Source: Methanocaldococcus sp. 16A (GTDB lineage: Archaea; AGJL01; Methanococci; Methanococcales; Methanocaldococcaceae). Taken from it: a DNA stretch of 64,000 bases. The translations under genes and the position numbers were made by a program. Under the pieces are notes generated by a model. That model had not been told where the DNA came from. It searched no databases and worked only from the letters and a program-made list of their open reading frames with translations. This document shows, one piece after another, positions 18,954 through 29,094 of this stretch (within the stretch, counting starts at the first letter, position 1; the number at the start of each line of letters is the position of its first letter). Location: assembly GCA_049860595.1 (NCBI GenBank), contig CP187551.1, one strand, 5' to 3'.

Positions 18954-20456
18954 ATGACAACTCTCCGCCCAAAGCAGAGGTTTCTTTAGGAGAGCAGAGG
19001 GTTAAAAACCCTCACCCTCCATGGGTTGCCAAGCCCACTATCCCTATCCCTTTCGGGATTCGGGACTACCTTAAATAAAATATTCCTCGCACCATTAACA
19101 TCCGCATTAATAACAGCTCCACACTCAGAACAAACATATAAACCTCTATATTTCCTATTCGATTTCTTTATTACTCCACAAACACTGCATTTTTGAGATG
19201 TATAACTTTCATTCACCAAATCTACTGTTATTCCTTCTTCTTCAGCTTTATAAGTTATTTTATGTATTAGTTTTCCGAACGGAATTCTGTGCAGTTGCTG
19301 ATTTATTCTATCTCCAATATCAATTTTAGTTAAATTTTCACTTAAATTTCCTATAACAATCTTCGAAACTCCTTTTTCTTTCGCTAAATTTACAATCCCT
19401 CTGCTAATCTTGTGAATATAGTCATTAATATAATTCCTTTCCTTCACCGCTAACTTCGATAATTGCTTGCAAGTCTTCAAACCTTGTTCTGCAATTTGAG
19501 ATTTAACTCTCGCTATCTCTTTAGCGAACCACCTTAATTTAGACAATAAAATTTTCCCATCGAATATTAATGGTTGTTTATCTCCTTGTATCACTGTAGT
19601 TGCTAAGTTCTTCACTCCTAAATCTACTGCCATTACTTTTTCTTTCTTAGGTTTTTCTGGATTAACTTCCTTTTTATAAATCAAATGTAGAACATAAAAT
19701 CTCTGCCCATAAATATCGTGAGGAACAATCTCAACCTCTTTAACCTGCATGACATCGAGCGGTAGAGTTTTCGGCATCGTAGCTTTGCTACGAGTAGCAA
19801 AATTCTTTGAATTTTGCATGAACTCTACCCATAGAAACTTGGACTCGATGCCATGCTTTTCTTTGAGATATTGTCTTGTTTGCTTTGATAAGGACAATCT
19901 TAACTTATTACCGATAATTTTAAGTCCATCTTTTTTCCATTTCACTGGAAAATGTCCATTTTTAGGTTGAAATCTTGGTCTCTTCGTATGTTGTTTAAAG
20001 CAGTTGAGCCATGCGATTTTTAATTTCTGCAAAACTGCTTGTGCTGACTGTGAATGAAGGTTTTTATACCAAAAATTAGTTTTTAGTTTCTTTTCTAATT
20101 CATTAATCTTTATATTGCCTTGCATAACTTGATAGTTAGCAACATTCCATAATTTTGATGAGAAATAAGTTAAATGGTTTAAGATAATCCATTGTTCGTC
20201 TGTTAATTTTCTCGTTAGATTTATCGTTAAAACTCTCGTTACTTCCAACATAGACACCTTTCTGGTAGTCCGTATGATGTGGTGGTATTTCTTTGGTAGG
20301 GATTTAATTCCAGAATAACTATATTATATAGGACAACATTAATATATAAAATTATGTCTCCTTCTTTCTCCCCTATCTCCTTGTGAAGCAAGGAGAGTGT
20401 ACTGAAATCTGAAAGATTTGTCTGAATTCATCACCGCCCTAAAGCAGAGTTTCTTA
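18954..20456 (-). mobile_element. tnpB-only IS200/IS605-family element (IS1341-like, non-autonomous)
   Basis: Related subterminal hairpin sequences at both ends. Minus-strand LE is TTAC|TAAGAAACTCTGCTTTAGGGCGGTGATGAATTC; RE is GAAACCTCTGCTTTGGGCGGAGAGTTGTCAT. No tnpA seen. Inserted between convergent genes. Exact ends are inferred. Confidence 0.8.
18986..20257 (-). CDS. tnpB: RNA-guided endonuclease TnpB
   Basis: RuvC-I AVDLG, VNESYTSQKC, Zn finger CSVC/CSEC, RuvC-III NADVNGARNI. Confidence 0.95.
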   Translation of the reverse strand: MSMLEVTRVLTINLTRKLTDEQWIILNHLTYFSSKLWNVANYQVMQGNIKINELEKKLKTNFWYKNLHSQSAQAVLQKLKIAWLNCFKQHTKRPRFQPKNGHFPVKWKKDGLKIIGNKLRLSLSKQTRQYLKEKHGIESKFLWVEFMQNSKNFATRSKATMPKTLPLDVMQVKEVEIVPHDIYGQRFYVLHLIYKKEVNPEKPKKEKVMAVDLGVKNLATTVIQGDKQPLIFDGKILLSKLRWFAKEIARVKSQIAEQGLKTCKQLSKLAVKERNYINDYIHKISRGIVNLAKEKGVSKIVIGNLSENLTKIDIGDRINQQLHRIPFGKLIHKITYKAEEEGITVDLVNESYTSQKCSVCGVIKKSNRKYRGLYVCSECGAVINADVNGARNILFKVVPNPERDRDSGLGNPWRVRVFNPLLS

Positions 20457-20464
20457 GTAACAAT

Positions 20465-21361
20465 TTATGTAAAGAATCCTGGAGCGAATTTTAGAATTGA
20501 GTAATACGCTAAAATACCAATAGTCATAGTTATAGCTGAGATAAAGAACATCCTTCCAATTTTTAATCCGAATATGGGAATTGCAAATAGAGCTCCTATA
20601 ATTGCTGTCCCTATTTGTATAGTCTCTAAACCTCTTGATATATCTTCTGGATTAACTGGAGGTAATGGAGTTATTCCGCCTAGCATGTTGGATATAGTTA
20701 TTAGATAAGCACCTAATAATCCAGCGACTGCTGGAATGACGCCACATAATATAATAAAACCAATAGCTAAACCTGTAGCCGTAACACTCATTAATTGTCT
20801 TTTATACATTTTAAAATCATCAAGAGTCTTAGCTAAAATTTTTAATGAATTCGCTAAGTCACCTCCATATTTTCTATTTTCAATCATAATTCTTGTTAAC
20901 ATCTTTAAAACTTTAGAATCATATAAATGGGATACAACAGTCATAGCTTCTTCAAAACTAACCTTTTGTTTTTCCATTAAATAGAGAACTTTCCTAAAAA
21001 CATTACTAACTTCTTTTATATTACTTTTTACGACTTCATCTAACGCTTCGTTTATAGACCTCCCAGATTCAAGAGCTAATATCATAATATAAAGGGCTTG
21101 TGGGATGTTATTTTCAAGCGTTTCTATTTTATTTTCATATAGTATGGATGGTAAGGACATTGTTGCTCCCATATATAAAATTGTTAATATGACAATACTT
21201 TTAATGGTTAAATTAAAGTATAACCCTATAATAATGGAAATTATTACAATAACTACTATAAAAACAATAAATTTTTTATCATCAATATTCCTTCCCAATT
21301 TTTTTAGGATAATAGTATTTTTCTTAATGGTGTGATAATATAAAAGTTCAAGATATTTCAT
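20465..21361 (-). CDS. Type II/IV secretion F-domain membrane platform protein (TadC-like)
   Basis: PQALYIMILALESG motif and TM helices; operon with the KlbA ATPase; start adjusted from the ORF track's 21403. Confidence 0.85.
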   Translation of the reverse strand: MKYLELLYYHTIKKNTIILKKLGRNIDDKKFIVFIVVIVIISIIIGLYFNLTIKSIVILTILYMGATMSLPSILYENKIETLENNIPQALYIMILALESGRSINEALDEVVKSNIKEVSNVFRKVLYLMEKQKVSFEEAMTVVSHLYDSKVLKMLTRIMIENRKYGGDLANSLKILAKTLDDFKMYKRQLMSVTATGLAIGFIILCGVIPAVAGLLGAYLITISNMLGGITPLPPVNPEDISRGLETIQIGTAIIGALFAIPIFGLKIGRMFFISAITMTIGILAYYSILKFAPGFFT

Positions 21362-21371
21362 GAGTATCACT

Positions 21372-22418
21372 TTATTCAACCTTAAATTTAACAAAGATTC
21401 CAAATATTAATGTTAGTAAGGGACCAATTTTTGTTAATAAAAGATCTAAGGCGTTTAATATTCCGGGAAATCCTTGATTAGCTATCATGGTTGATAAAAT
21501 CATCCCACTAAATGGAAGAATTAACCCTACACCAAATGCCAAGTTTCCTAAGTTTTGGATCATAAATTTAGACGAATCTAATTTAATCATAGATTCTCTA
21601 ACGATATCGTCATATAGTTTTTCTAATAGTAATGGTAGATTACCTTTATTATACCCTATAATCATTTGGTCATATAATTTTTTTAATAATGGAATTTCAG
21701 TTCTTAGTTTAGCTCTTTCAAGAGCTTCAGCCAAACTATAACCGGACATATTAACATCTCTAATTATAGTTTTTGCTTCAAATGCTACAATACCGTATTC
21801 ATTACTTTTGGATATACTTTCAAGAACCTCGGGAAGAGAAGCTCCTGCCCTAAGTATTGATATCATATACAGTAAAGTAAATAACACTTGTAATTTTATC
21901 TCTCCTTTAAACAATATTAACTTAATTTTTGGATAAAATATTGACAGTATTAATACAATAATTGAACCAATAATTCCATTTAACAGACCTCCAATAATAT
22001 TTTCATCTAAGAGTCCCATAAATAACAACACAATAAAAACAAATATCATATATACAATTACTTTTTTAAAATATTCTATCTCATTTTCAAATCCTATATA
22101 TTTAAGTTGGTTTCTTGATAGAATTTTTACATTTTTAAAAATATTAGATAATGATTCAGCAGATTTCTTAATAAATTCTTCTTCATATAATAAAAACTCA
22201 TATTTTTTGAACTTTTCATAAGTTAGCATTTCTTCAGGTTCAATATATACATCATAGAACTCAGAAATTTTAATTCCTAACTTTTCACCCATTTTTTTCA
22301 TTTCAGACAGTAATTTGGCATCTAATGATTTAAGTCCCCATTTATATAAAAATATGTCAATCTTTATTTTAATTCTTTTAAATTTTTCTTTTAAATTTTC
22401 TAGCATTTTAATCCCCAA
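21372..22418 (-). CDS. Type II/IV secretion F-domain membrane platform protein (TadB-like)
   Basis: YMISILRAGASL and EYGIVAFE motifs; TM helices. Confidence 0.85.
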   Translation of the reverse strand: MGIKMLENLKEKFKRIKIKIDIFLYKWGLKSLDAKLLSEMKKMGEKLGIKISEFYDVYIEPEEMLTYEKFKKYEFLLYEEEFIKKSAESLSNIFKNVKILSRNQLKYIGFENEIEYFKKVIVYMIFVFIVLLFMGLLDENIIGGLLNGIIGSIIVLILSIFYPKIKLILFKGEIKLQVLFTLLYMISILRAGASLPEVLESISKSNEYGIVAFEAKTIIRDVNMSGYSLAEALERAKLRTEIPLLKKLYDQMIIGYNKGNLPLLLEKLYDDIVRESMIKLDSSKFMIQNLGNLAFGVGLILPFSGMILSTMIANQGFPGILNALDLLLTKIGPLLTLIFGIFVKFKVE

Positions 22419-22430
22419 ATAAAAATAAAT

Positions 22431-24623
22431 TTAAATAGATAGGAATTTTAAAAGTTTTTCAGGGTCAGATTGATAAGCCATAATATACTTAGAGACATCT
22501 TCAAGTTTTCTGATATTGTTTTTATATAAATAACTTATAACTTTTTTTCTATTTTCTCTATCTCTTAGTAATTCTTCTCTTGAAATACCTGCAATTTCAC
22601 AAACTACCTCTTCCCACATACATATTCCTCTTCTTTCTAAATGGTCTTTTATACCATTATACTCATAAAGCTTAGTTTTGGCAATTTCATGACCCTCTCC
22701 ACCACCTTTAACAATCTCTATAATTTCTAAAATTCTTCTTACAGTTTTTCCACCTCTTCTAATTCTTTGCTGGTTTATAATAAAATCTAACGCTGTTAGC
22801 ATAATTTTTGGAACATTCATTGGAGGGCTTGTTAATCTTAAAATAGCCTCATCGGCACTATTTGCGTGTAATGTCCCTGAGCAGTTTGAAACAATAATCC
22901 CTCCAAACTTCCCAGCAATATAGGTGTGGTTATCTTTAACTGTTAAGTCATAAATGTATCCATCATAATAAATTTCTTGAATATCAATTATCACATCCCA
23001 ATATATATCTGAATTTACTAAAATTTTTAATTCGTTAGTGTTTAGAGTATTAATTCTATGTAGCTCATTTTTTGATGATGGATTTTCTATATCTTCTTTC
23101 TCATGAATTTTTAAGTCTCTTGGAAGTGCAATATAATCACTAACTTTAGCCATTTCAGCATTAACTTCTAATATTTTTCCATCTTTTAAAATATATATTG
23201 GATGGTCATAAGTTAAGACAATATCTTTACCACTTTTTGTTTTTATCTTTAACATTTTTCCATGATATTTTTTTCTCCAAACTCTTGATATTAGTTTATC
23301 TTCAATTTTTAATGTGGTTTTATTGAAGCTCTTAATAAATATATTTTCATTAGATATGTCTATAAATTCAAAACCATTTTTTTCTCTAACACTTTTTGAT
23401 TTATATTTTTTAAAAAATTTATCTACAAATGTTCCTATCTCTACGATATCTCCATTAGATAAATATATAGGCTCATCATAAGCTAAAGCACCATCATGCC
23501 CTGTATTCATAGCAACTAGTAATGAGTGTGCTTCCTCTCCTCTAACTTCTCCGACAAATATTCTATCTGGCCTCATTCTTAGAGCATTTTTAATTAAATC
23601 GTCCATTGTAACCTCATATTCAGGCATTCCAGGTCTTGCAGGTCTTGTAACCATTTTTATAACATGTTTATGAGGAATTTGCAATTCTGGAGTATCTTCT
23701 ATGGTAATAATTCTTTCATTATACATTGAAAATAATGATAAAACATTCAATAAGGTAGTTTTTCCAGAACCTGTTCCACCGACTATTAATGTATTAGCTG
23801 GCTTAGCTCCAAAATATCCTTCAACTGCTTGCCATAAAAAAGCTGCGGTATCTATATCTAATGTTCCAAAGTTTATTAAATCTATAACTGTTAATGGACG
23901 TTTAGAGAACTTTCTTATTGTTAAAGTAGCTCCATTCATTGTTATATCTGCTGTAGTAGCATTTACCCTGCTACCGTCTGGTAAGAAAGCGTCAAGCATT
24001 GGGACTCTTGAATCTATTGGTCTATTAACTAAATTTGCAATACTTTCTATGATTCTATCAACTTCGTTTCTGTCTAATATAATATTTGTTTCACACATTT
24101 GGTGTTTTCTATGGAATACAAATACTGGAACGTTATATCCATTAACCATAACTTCTTCTAATTGGTCATCGTGTAATGGTATTTCTAATAACCCTAACCT
24201 ACCTGATATTAGATAAAAATACTTAGCTAATGAATCAATATATGGAATACTTAAATTATATCTTACGGAAAAATCAGATAAATACTCTTTTATTTGTTTA
24301 TATTCAATTAATCCAAGCTCTCCAATCTGTATTTTTATTAAATTAATGTTTTCTTTTGAAAGTTTTGATAGTGAATTTTCAATCTTTTCAATTTCTGGTA
24401 TTAAATAATAGATATAACCTTCTTCTTTCTTTATCACTACTTCTACACTTATATCATCAACATTAACTACATATGAATCTAATACATTTTCATCTTTAAT
24501 TTCACTACGTTTTGATAATAAACTTTCAGTTTTTGTAACAGATTTTTTATCTGCTGATGTAGGTTTTGATTCTTTTATAATACTTTTTTCAGTCTTTTTT
24601 TGAATTTTATCAAATAATCCCAA
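22431..24623 (-). CDS. klbA: CpaF/VirB11-type secretion ATPase KlbA, intein-containing
   Basis: GGTGSGKTT, ITIEDTPE, LRMRPDRIFVGEVRG and TGHDG|intein|CSGTLHA. Confidence 0.95.
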   Translation of the reverse strand: MGLFDKIQKKTEKSIIKESKPTSADKKSVTKTESLLSKRSEIKDENVLDSYVVNVDDISVEVVIKKEEGYIYYLIPEIEKIENSLSKLSKENINLIKIQIGELGLIEYKQIKEYLSDFSVRYNLSIPYIDSLAKYFYLISGRLGLLEIPLHDDQLEEVMVNGYNVPVFVFHRKHQMCETNIILDRNEVDRIIESIANLVNRPIDSRVPMLDAFLPDGSRVNATTADITMNGATLTIRKFSKRPLTVIDLINFGTLDIDTAAFLWQAVEGYFGAKPANTLIVGGTGSGKTTLLNVLSLFSMYNERIITIEDTPELQIPHKHVIKMVTRPARPGMPEYEVTMDDLIKNALRMRPDRIFVGEVRGEEAHSLLVAMNTGHDGALAYDEPIYLSNGDIVEIGTFVDKFFKKYKSKSVREKNGFEFIDISNENIFIKSFNKTTLKIEDKLISRVWRKKYHGKMLKIKTKSGKDIVLTYDHPIYILKDGKILEVNAEMAKVSDYIALPRDLKIHEKEDIENPSSKNELHRINTLNTNELKILVNSDIYWDVIIDIQEIYYDGYIYDLTVKDNHTYIAGKFGGIIVSNCSGTLHANSADEAILRLTSPPMNVPKIMLTALDFIINQQRIRRGGKTVRRILEIIEIVKGGGEGHEIAKTKLYEYNGIKDHLERRGICMWEEVVCEIAGISREELLRDRENRKKVISYLYKNNIRKLEDVSKYIMAYQSDPEKLLKFLSI
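22884..23489 (-). mobile_element. KlbA mini-intein, 202 aa, Ala1 (class 2), no homing endonuclease
   Basis: Begins ALAYDEPIYL; block B LTYDHP; ends YDLTVKDNHTYIAG..IVSN followed by Cys+1. Confidence 0.9.
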
Positions 24624-24687
24624 TATATACCACCTTAAAAATGATTAAATTCTATTAACTCAAAAATTTTTAAATAATTTCTTCAAC

Positions 24688-25692
24688 TTACAAAGTAACA
24701 TCAATATCTAAGTGTTCTGTTAGCTCTTTATATCTGTTTCTTATTGTCACTTCTGTCACTCCAGCAACTTCAGCAACTTCTCTTTGAGTTCTTCTACAGC
24801 CAAGTAAGACACTTGCGATATATATTGCTGCAGCAGCAACTCCAGTAGGGCCTCTACCACTTGTTAATCCCTTTTCAGCGGCTTGTTGTAATATTTGTAT
24901 TGCCTTAGATTCAACTTCTCCAGGCAATCCAAGTTCGGATGCAAATCTTGGCACATAATCGATAGGATTTGTTGGAGTTAATTTTATACCTAATTCTCTT
25001 GCTAAAAATCTATATGTTCTTCCAATTTCTTTTCTATCTACTCTTGAAGCTTCAGCAATCTCATCTAATGTTCTTGGTACTCTACATCTTCTACAAGCTG
25101 CGTAAATAGCAGCTGCAACTACTCCTTCAATGCTTCTTCCTCTTATTAATCCTTTCTCAACAGCTCCTCTGTAAATTATAGCAGCATTCTCCCTTACATG
25201 TCTTGGCAATCCAAGTTTTGATGTAATTCTATCTAATTCTGATAAAGCAAATGCTAAATTTCTTTCTGCAGCATCACTGACTCTAATTCTTCTCTGCCAT
25301 TTTCTTAATCTATAGAGCTGAGCTCTTTTGTTTGCGGATAAGTCCTTTCCATAACTATCTTTATTTCTCCAATCAATAACTGTTGATAAACCTTTGTCGT
25401 GAATGGTGTAAGTCATAGGAGCTCCAACTCTACATCTCTTAATCTTTTGTTCATGGTCAAATGCTCTCCACTCTGGTCCAATATCAAACAACTTCTCTTT
25501 AATAACACATCCACATTTGGCACAAACTATCTCTGCTCTTTCATAATCTTTAACAACATCTTTACTACCACAAATTGGACAAATAATATCTTCTTCACTA
25601 ATATTACTTTCTTTTTTTTCAGATTTTCCAGATTTTGTTATAATTTTCTTTTCTTTTGTGTTTTTTTCTTCTTTAGTTTTGAGAGCTTCCAT
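24688..25692 (-). CDS. tfb: Transcription initiation factor B (intein-less allele)
   Basis: Zn ribbon CPIC/CAKC, GPEWRAF and two cyclin repeats. Confidence 0.98.
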   Translation of the reverse strand: MEALKTKEEKNTKEKKIITKSGKSEKKESNISEEDIICPICGSKDVVKDYERAEIVCAKCGCVIKEKLFDIGPEWRAFDHEQKIKRCRVGAPMTYTIHDKGLSTVIDWRNKDSYGKDLSANKRAQLYRLRKWQRRIRVSDAAERNLAFALSELDRITSKLGLPRHVRENAAIIYRGAVEKGLIRGRSIEGVVAAAIYAACRRCRVPRTLDEIAEASRVDRKEIGRTYRFLARELGIKLTPTNPIDYVPRFASELGLPGEVESKAIQILQQAAEKGLTSGRGPTGVAAAAIYIASVLLGCRRTQREVAEVAGVTEVTIRNRYKELTEHLDIDVTL

Positions 25693-25732
25693 AGGCTACA
25701 CCATTAAAGTTTATAGTTTTTTACAAAAAACT

Positions 25733-25978
25733 TTAATTTTTCTTCTTAGAATTTTTATATTTAGATTTATCGTTTTTAATATATGCAATTCCAGAAACTT
25801 CTATATCTTTATTGATTGGGAGTATTTTTACATATGGTTTAGCTACAGGTCCAAAAATATCTACTACCTTACCAATTTTCTTATTTTTGAAAATAACAAC
25901 TGAACCAATCTTTATCTCTCTCTTTCCTCTACCTATCAAGAAACCCTTTGGCGTTTTATGAAGTATTTCTACTTTCAA
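25733..25978 (-). CDS. gar1: H/ACA RNP protein Gar1
   Basis: IGKVVDIFGPVAKPY motif; usual position upstream of tfb. Confidence 0.9.
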   Translation of the reverse strand: MKVEILHKTPKGFLIGRGKREIKIGSVVIFKNKKIGKVVDIFGPVAKPYVKILPINKDIEVSGIAYIKNDKSKYKNSKKKN

Positions 25979-26118
25979 ATCACTCCCTCTATATATGCTA
26001 ATTTATCTTTATTGAAAAATGGTATAAATAGTTTTCGAAAACTTTATATATATGTGTTTTGAAGAGGTATATATACTTAATGAAAATATATTTAAATATA
26101 TAAAATTAAAGTGAAAAC

Positions 26119-26679
26119 ATGAAAATCTTAGATTTAACCCAGGTTTTAATTAATTTTCCATATCCGGGAGACCCAGAGCTGAAAATTACTGAAAAAAGGA
26201 TGGATAAGTTTATAATATCAGAGATAGTTATGGGCTCTCATCTCTCTACTCATGTAGATTATCCAAAACATATTGGCTTAGAAAATATAATTTTTTCTAA
26301 AGATTTGATAATTAAAGGAGTTGGGTATTGTATATCTTTGAATAATTTTGAGATAAATAAGTTACCTGTTTGTGATATATTACTAATTTATACAGGATTT
26401 TCTAAATATTGGGGAAAAGAAGAGTATTTCGAAAAAATTCCAGATATTTATTTTTTAGATGATATTATTAAAAGCAACATAAAATGTGTTGGCATAGATG
26501 CATGCACAATTGGTGGATTTGAGGAGCATAAAAAGCTTCTGTCAAATAATATCTTAATTATTGAAAATTTAAACGAAAATTTAAAAAATTTAGTTGGAAA
26601 GAAGTTCTATTTTTTAGGATTACCATTAAAGATATTCGATATTGATGCCTCTCCAATCAGATGCATCGCTATTTTTTAG
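26119..26679 (+). CDS. Cyclase / kynurenine formamidase-like metal-dependent hydrolase
   Basis: YPGDP, SHLSTHVDYPKH and DASPIRC motifs. Confidence 0.85.
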   Translation: MKILDLTQVLINFPYPGDPELKITEKRMDKFIISEIVMGSHLSTHVDYPKHIGLENIIFSKDLIIKGVGYCISLNNFEINKLPVCDILLIYTGFSKYWGKEEYFEKIPDIYFLDDIIKSNIKCVGIDACTIGGFEEHKKLLSNNILIIENLNENLKNLVGKKFYFLGLPLKIFDIDASPIRCIAIF

Positions 26680-26700
26680 ACCATATTTAATTTTTTATAT

Positions 26701-26782
26701 TGGCTATTAGAGAAATTATTTGGATAGATAATACTTATTTATGGCTATTTACTATCTGAAATCAAATAGATAATTTTATATA
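26701..26782 (+). promoter_or_regulatory. hmd promoter: TATA box preceded by a duplicated bipartite motif
   Basis: TTTATATA at 26775-26782; TGGCTATT-N15/16-ATAGATAAT at 26701 and 26742. Confidence 0.5.
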
Positions 26783-26841
26783 TTACCAAATATAACAATA
26801 ATATTACTAATATTGTTTAAAATATTTAACAAGGTGATAGT

Positions 26842-27873
26842 GTGAAAATAGCAATCTTAGGAGCAGGATGTTACAGAACTCATGCAGCTGCAGGGATTAC
26901 AAACTTCATGAGAGCATCACAAGTTGCTAAAGAAGTTGGAAAACCAGAAATTGCATTAACACACTCAACAATTACAATGGGAGCTGAGCTCTTACACTTG
27001 GTAGATGATGTTAAAGAAGTTATTGTTTCAGACCCATGCTTTGCTGAGGAGCCAGGATTAGTTGTTATTGATGAATTTGACCCAAAAGAAGTTATGGAAG
27101 CTCACTTAAATGGAAATCCAGAAAGTATAATGCCAAAGATTAGAGAAGTCGTTAAGGCAAAGGCAAAAGAGTTACCAAAACCACCAAAGGCATGCATACA
27201 CTTTGTCCATCCAGAGGATGTTGGTTTAAAAGTTACATCAGATGATAGAGAGGCAGTTGCAGATGCAGATATTATTTTAACATGGTTACCAAAAGGAAAC
27301 AAACAACCAGACATTATTAAGAAATTTGCAGATGCAATTCCAGAAGGAGCTATTGTAACCCACGCGTGTACAATTCCTACAACAAAATTCGCAAAAATCT
27401 TTAAGGATTTAGGAAGAGAAGACTTAAACATAACCTCATACCACCCAGGATGTGTTCCAGAGATGAAAGGACAAGTTTATATAGCAGAAGGCTACGCAAG
27501 TGAGGAAGCTGTTAACAAATTATATGAAATCGCTAAAATTGCAAGAGGTCAAGCATTTAAGATGCCTGCTAACTTAATAGGTCCAGTTTGTGATATGTGT
27601 TCAGCAGTTACAGCAGTAGTTTATGCTGGTTTATTAGCTTACAGAGATGCAGTTACAAAGATTTTAGGAGCTCCTGCTGACTTCGCTCAGATGATGGCAG
27701 ATGAAGCTTTAACTCAAATGCTTAACTTAATGAAAGAGAAAGGAATTGCAAACATGGAAGAAGCTTTAGACCCAGCAGCATTATTAGGAACAGCAGACAG
27801 TATGTGCTTTGGTCCATTAGAAGATATCTTACCAACAGCATTGAAGGTATTAGAAAAACACAAAAAAGAATAA
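26842..27873 (+). CDS. hmd: [Fe]-hydrogenase, H2-forming methylene-H4MPT dehydrogenase
   Basis: MKIAILGAGCYRTH, THACTIP and YHPGCVPEMKGQ motifs. Confidence 0.98.
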   Translation: MKIAILGAGCYRTHAAAGITNFMRASQVAKEVGKPEIALTHSTITMGAELLHLVDDVKEVIVSDPCFAEEPGLVVIDEFDPKEVMEAHLNGNPESIMPKIREVVKAKAKELPKPPKACIHFVHPEDVGLKVTSDDREAVADADIILTWLPKGNKQPDIIKKFADAIPEGAIVTHACTIPTTKFAKIFKDLGREDLNITSYHPGCVPEMKGQVYIAEGYASEEAVNKLYEIAKIARGQAFKMPANLIGPVCDMCSAVTAVVYAGLLAYRDAVTKILGAPADFAQMMADEALTQMLNLMKEKGIANMEEALDPAALLGTADSMCFGPLEDILPTALKVLEKHKKE

Positions 27874-27987
27874 ATTTGCTTTTTAAATCTTTTTTATTTT
27901 TTATTTTTTTATTTTATTTTAATTTATAGAATAATAGAAAACTTTTTAATCTTTTTTAGCTGTAAGATATTTTGATGTTTAACCATA

Positions 27988-29073
27988 ATGATTGGTGATG
28001 TAATGGTATTTGAGAAGATAGAGGAGAATTTTAAAGAGCTAAAAGAAGGAAACAAACAATTTATAAAAAATGGGCTTATAGATGAGGATGAATCATTAAA
28101 ACTATTTAAAATAGACAATTGGAGAGATTATTTGAAATTATTTAGATTAGCTTCAGAAGTTAGAGACTTTTTTAAGAAAGAGATTGAAATAACTTCAACA
28201 ATCCATATAACAAATATTTGCAAGATTAATCCAAAATGCTCATACTGCGGTTTTGCCGCCGGAACTTCAAAAGAAGGATATTATAAACCATTTAGATTAA
28301 ATGACGAGGATATAAAAAAATCAGCAATAGCAATTGAAGAGAGTGGAATAAAAAGAGTTAGTTGCTCTTCTGCACATGGTTATGAAGGTAGAGAGGTTGT
28401 TAGAGCTTTAAAAATAGTTAAGGATAATACAAACTTAGAGGTTTTAGTTAATGCTGGAGCAGATTTAACTGAAGAAGCAATAAAGGAGCTTAAAAAATAT
28501 GGCATAGATACAATCTGCTGTAACTTAGAGACGATAAATGAAGAACTTTTTAAAAAATTAAAACCTGGGGAGGAATTGGAAGATAGGATAAGAGTTTGTA
28601 AATTAGTCAATAAATATGATATTGAGTTATCTTCCGGTTTATTAATAGGGATAGGCGAGAGTTATGAAGATAGGGTAGAGCATTTATTTTATTTAAAAAA
28701 TGAATTAAATGTTGGGGAAATACCTATAATGGGTTTCAATCCTTATAAAGGAACACCAATGGAGAATCATCCAAAATGCTCTGCCTTAGAGCAGGCAAAG
28801 ACAATAGCTATAACAAGGCTATTATTTCCAAATATAAGGATTACTTCACCAACACCAACAATAGGGGCTGAGTTGGTGCAATTTGCTTTATTAGGGGGGG
28901 CAAGTAATATAGCAACGGTTATTCCAAGAAATCATCCAATAAACATTAAGGGAGTAGGTAGTCCAAAAACTGGAAATTTAGAAGAAGTAGTTAAAATGAT
29001 TGTAGATTTGGGTTTAAAACCAAAATTGGATTGGAAGAAATATAAGGAATATTTAAAAGTTTATGGAAGATAA
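27988..29073 (+). CDS. hcgA: FeGP cofactor biosynthesis radical SAM enzyme HcgA (HmdB)
   Basis: CX5CX2C motif (CKINPKCSYC); BioB-like; adjacent to hmd. Confidence 0.92.
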   Translation: MIGDVMVFEKIEENFKELKEGNKQFIKNGLIDEDESLKLFKIDNWRDYLKLFRLASEVRDFFKKEIEITSTIHITNICKINPKCSYCGFAAGTSKEGYYKPFRLNDEDIKKSAIAIEESGIKRVSCSSAHGYEGREVVRALKIVKDNTNLEVLVNAGADLTEEAIKELKKYGIDTICCNLETINEELFKKLKPGEELEDRIRVCKLVNKYDIELSSGLLIGIGESYEDRVEHLFYLKNELNVGEIPIMGFNPYKGTPMENHPKCSALEQAKTIAITRLLFPNIRITSPTPTIGAELVQFALLGGASNIATVIPRNHPINIKGVGSPKTGNLEEVVKMIVDLGLKPKLDWKKYKEYLKVYGR

Positions 29074-29094
29074 ACTATAAAAATTAGTGAGAAA

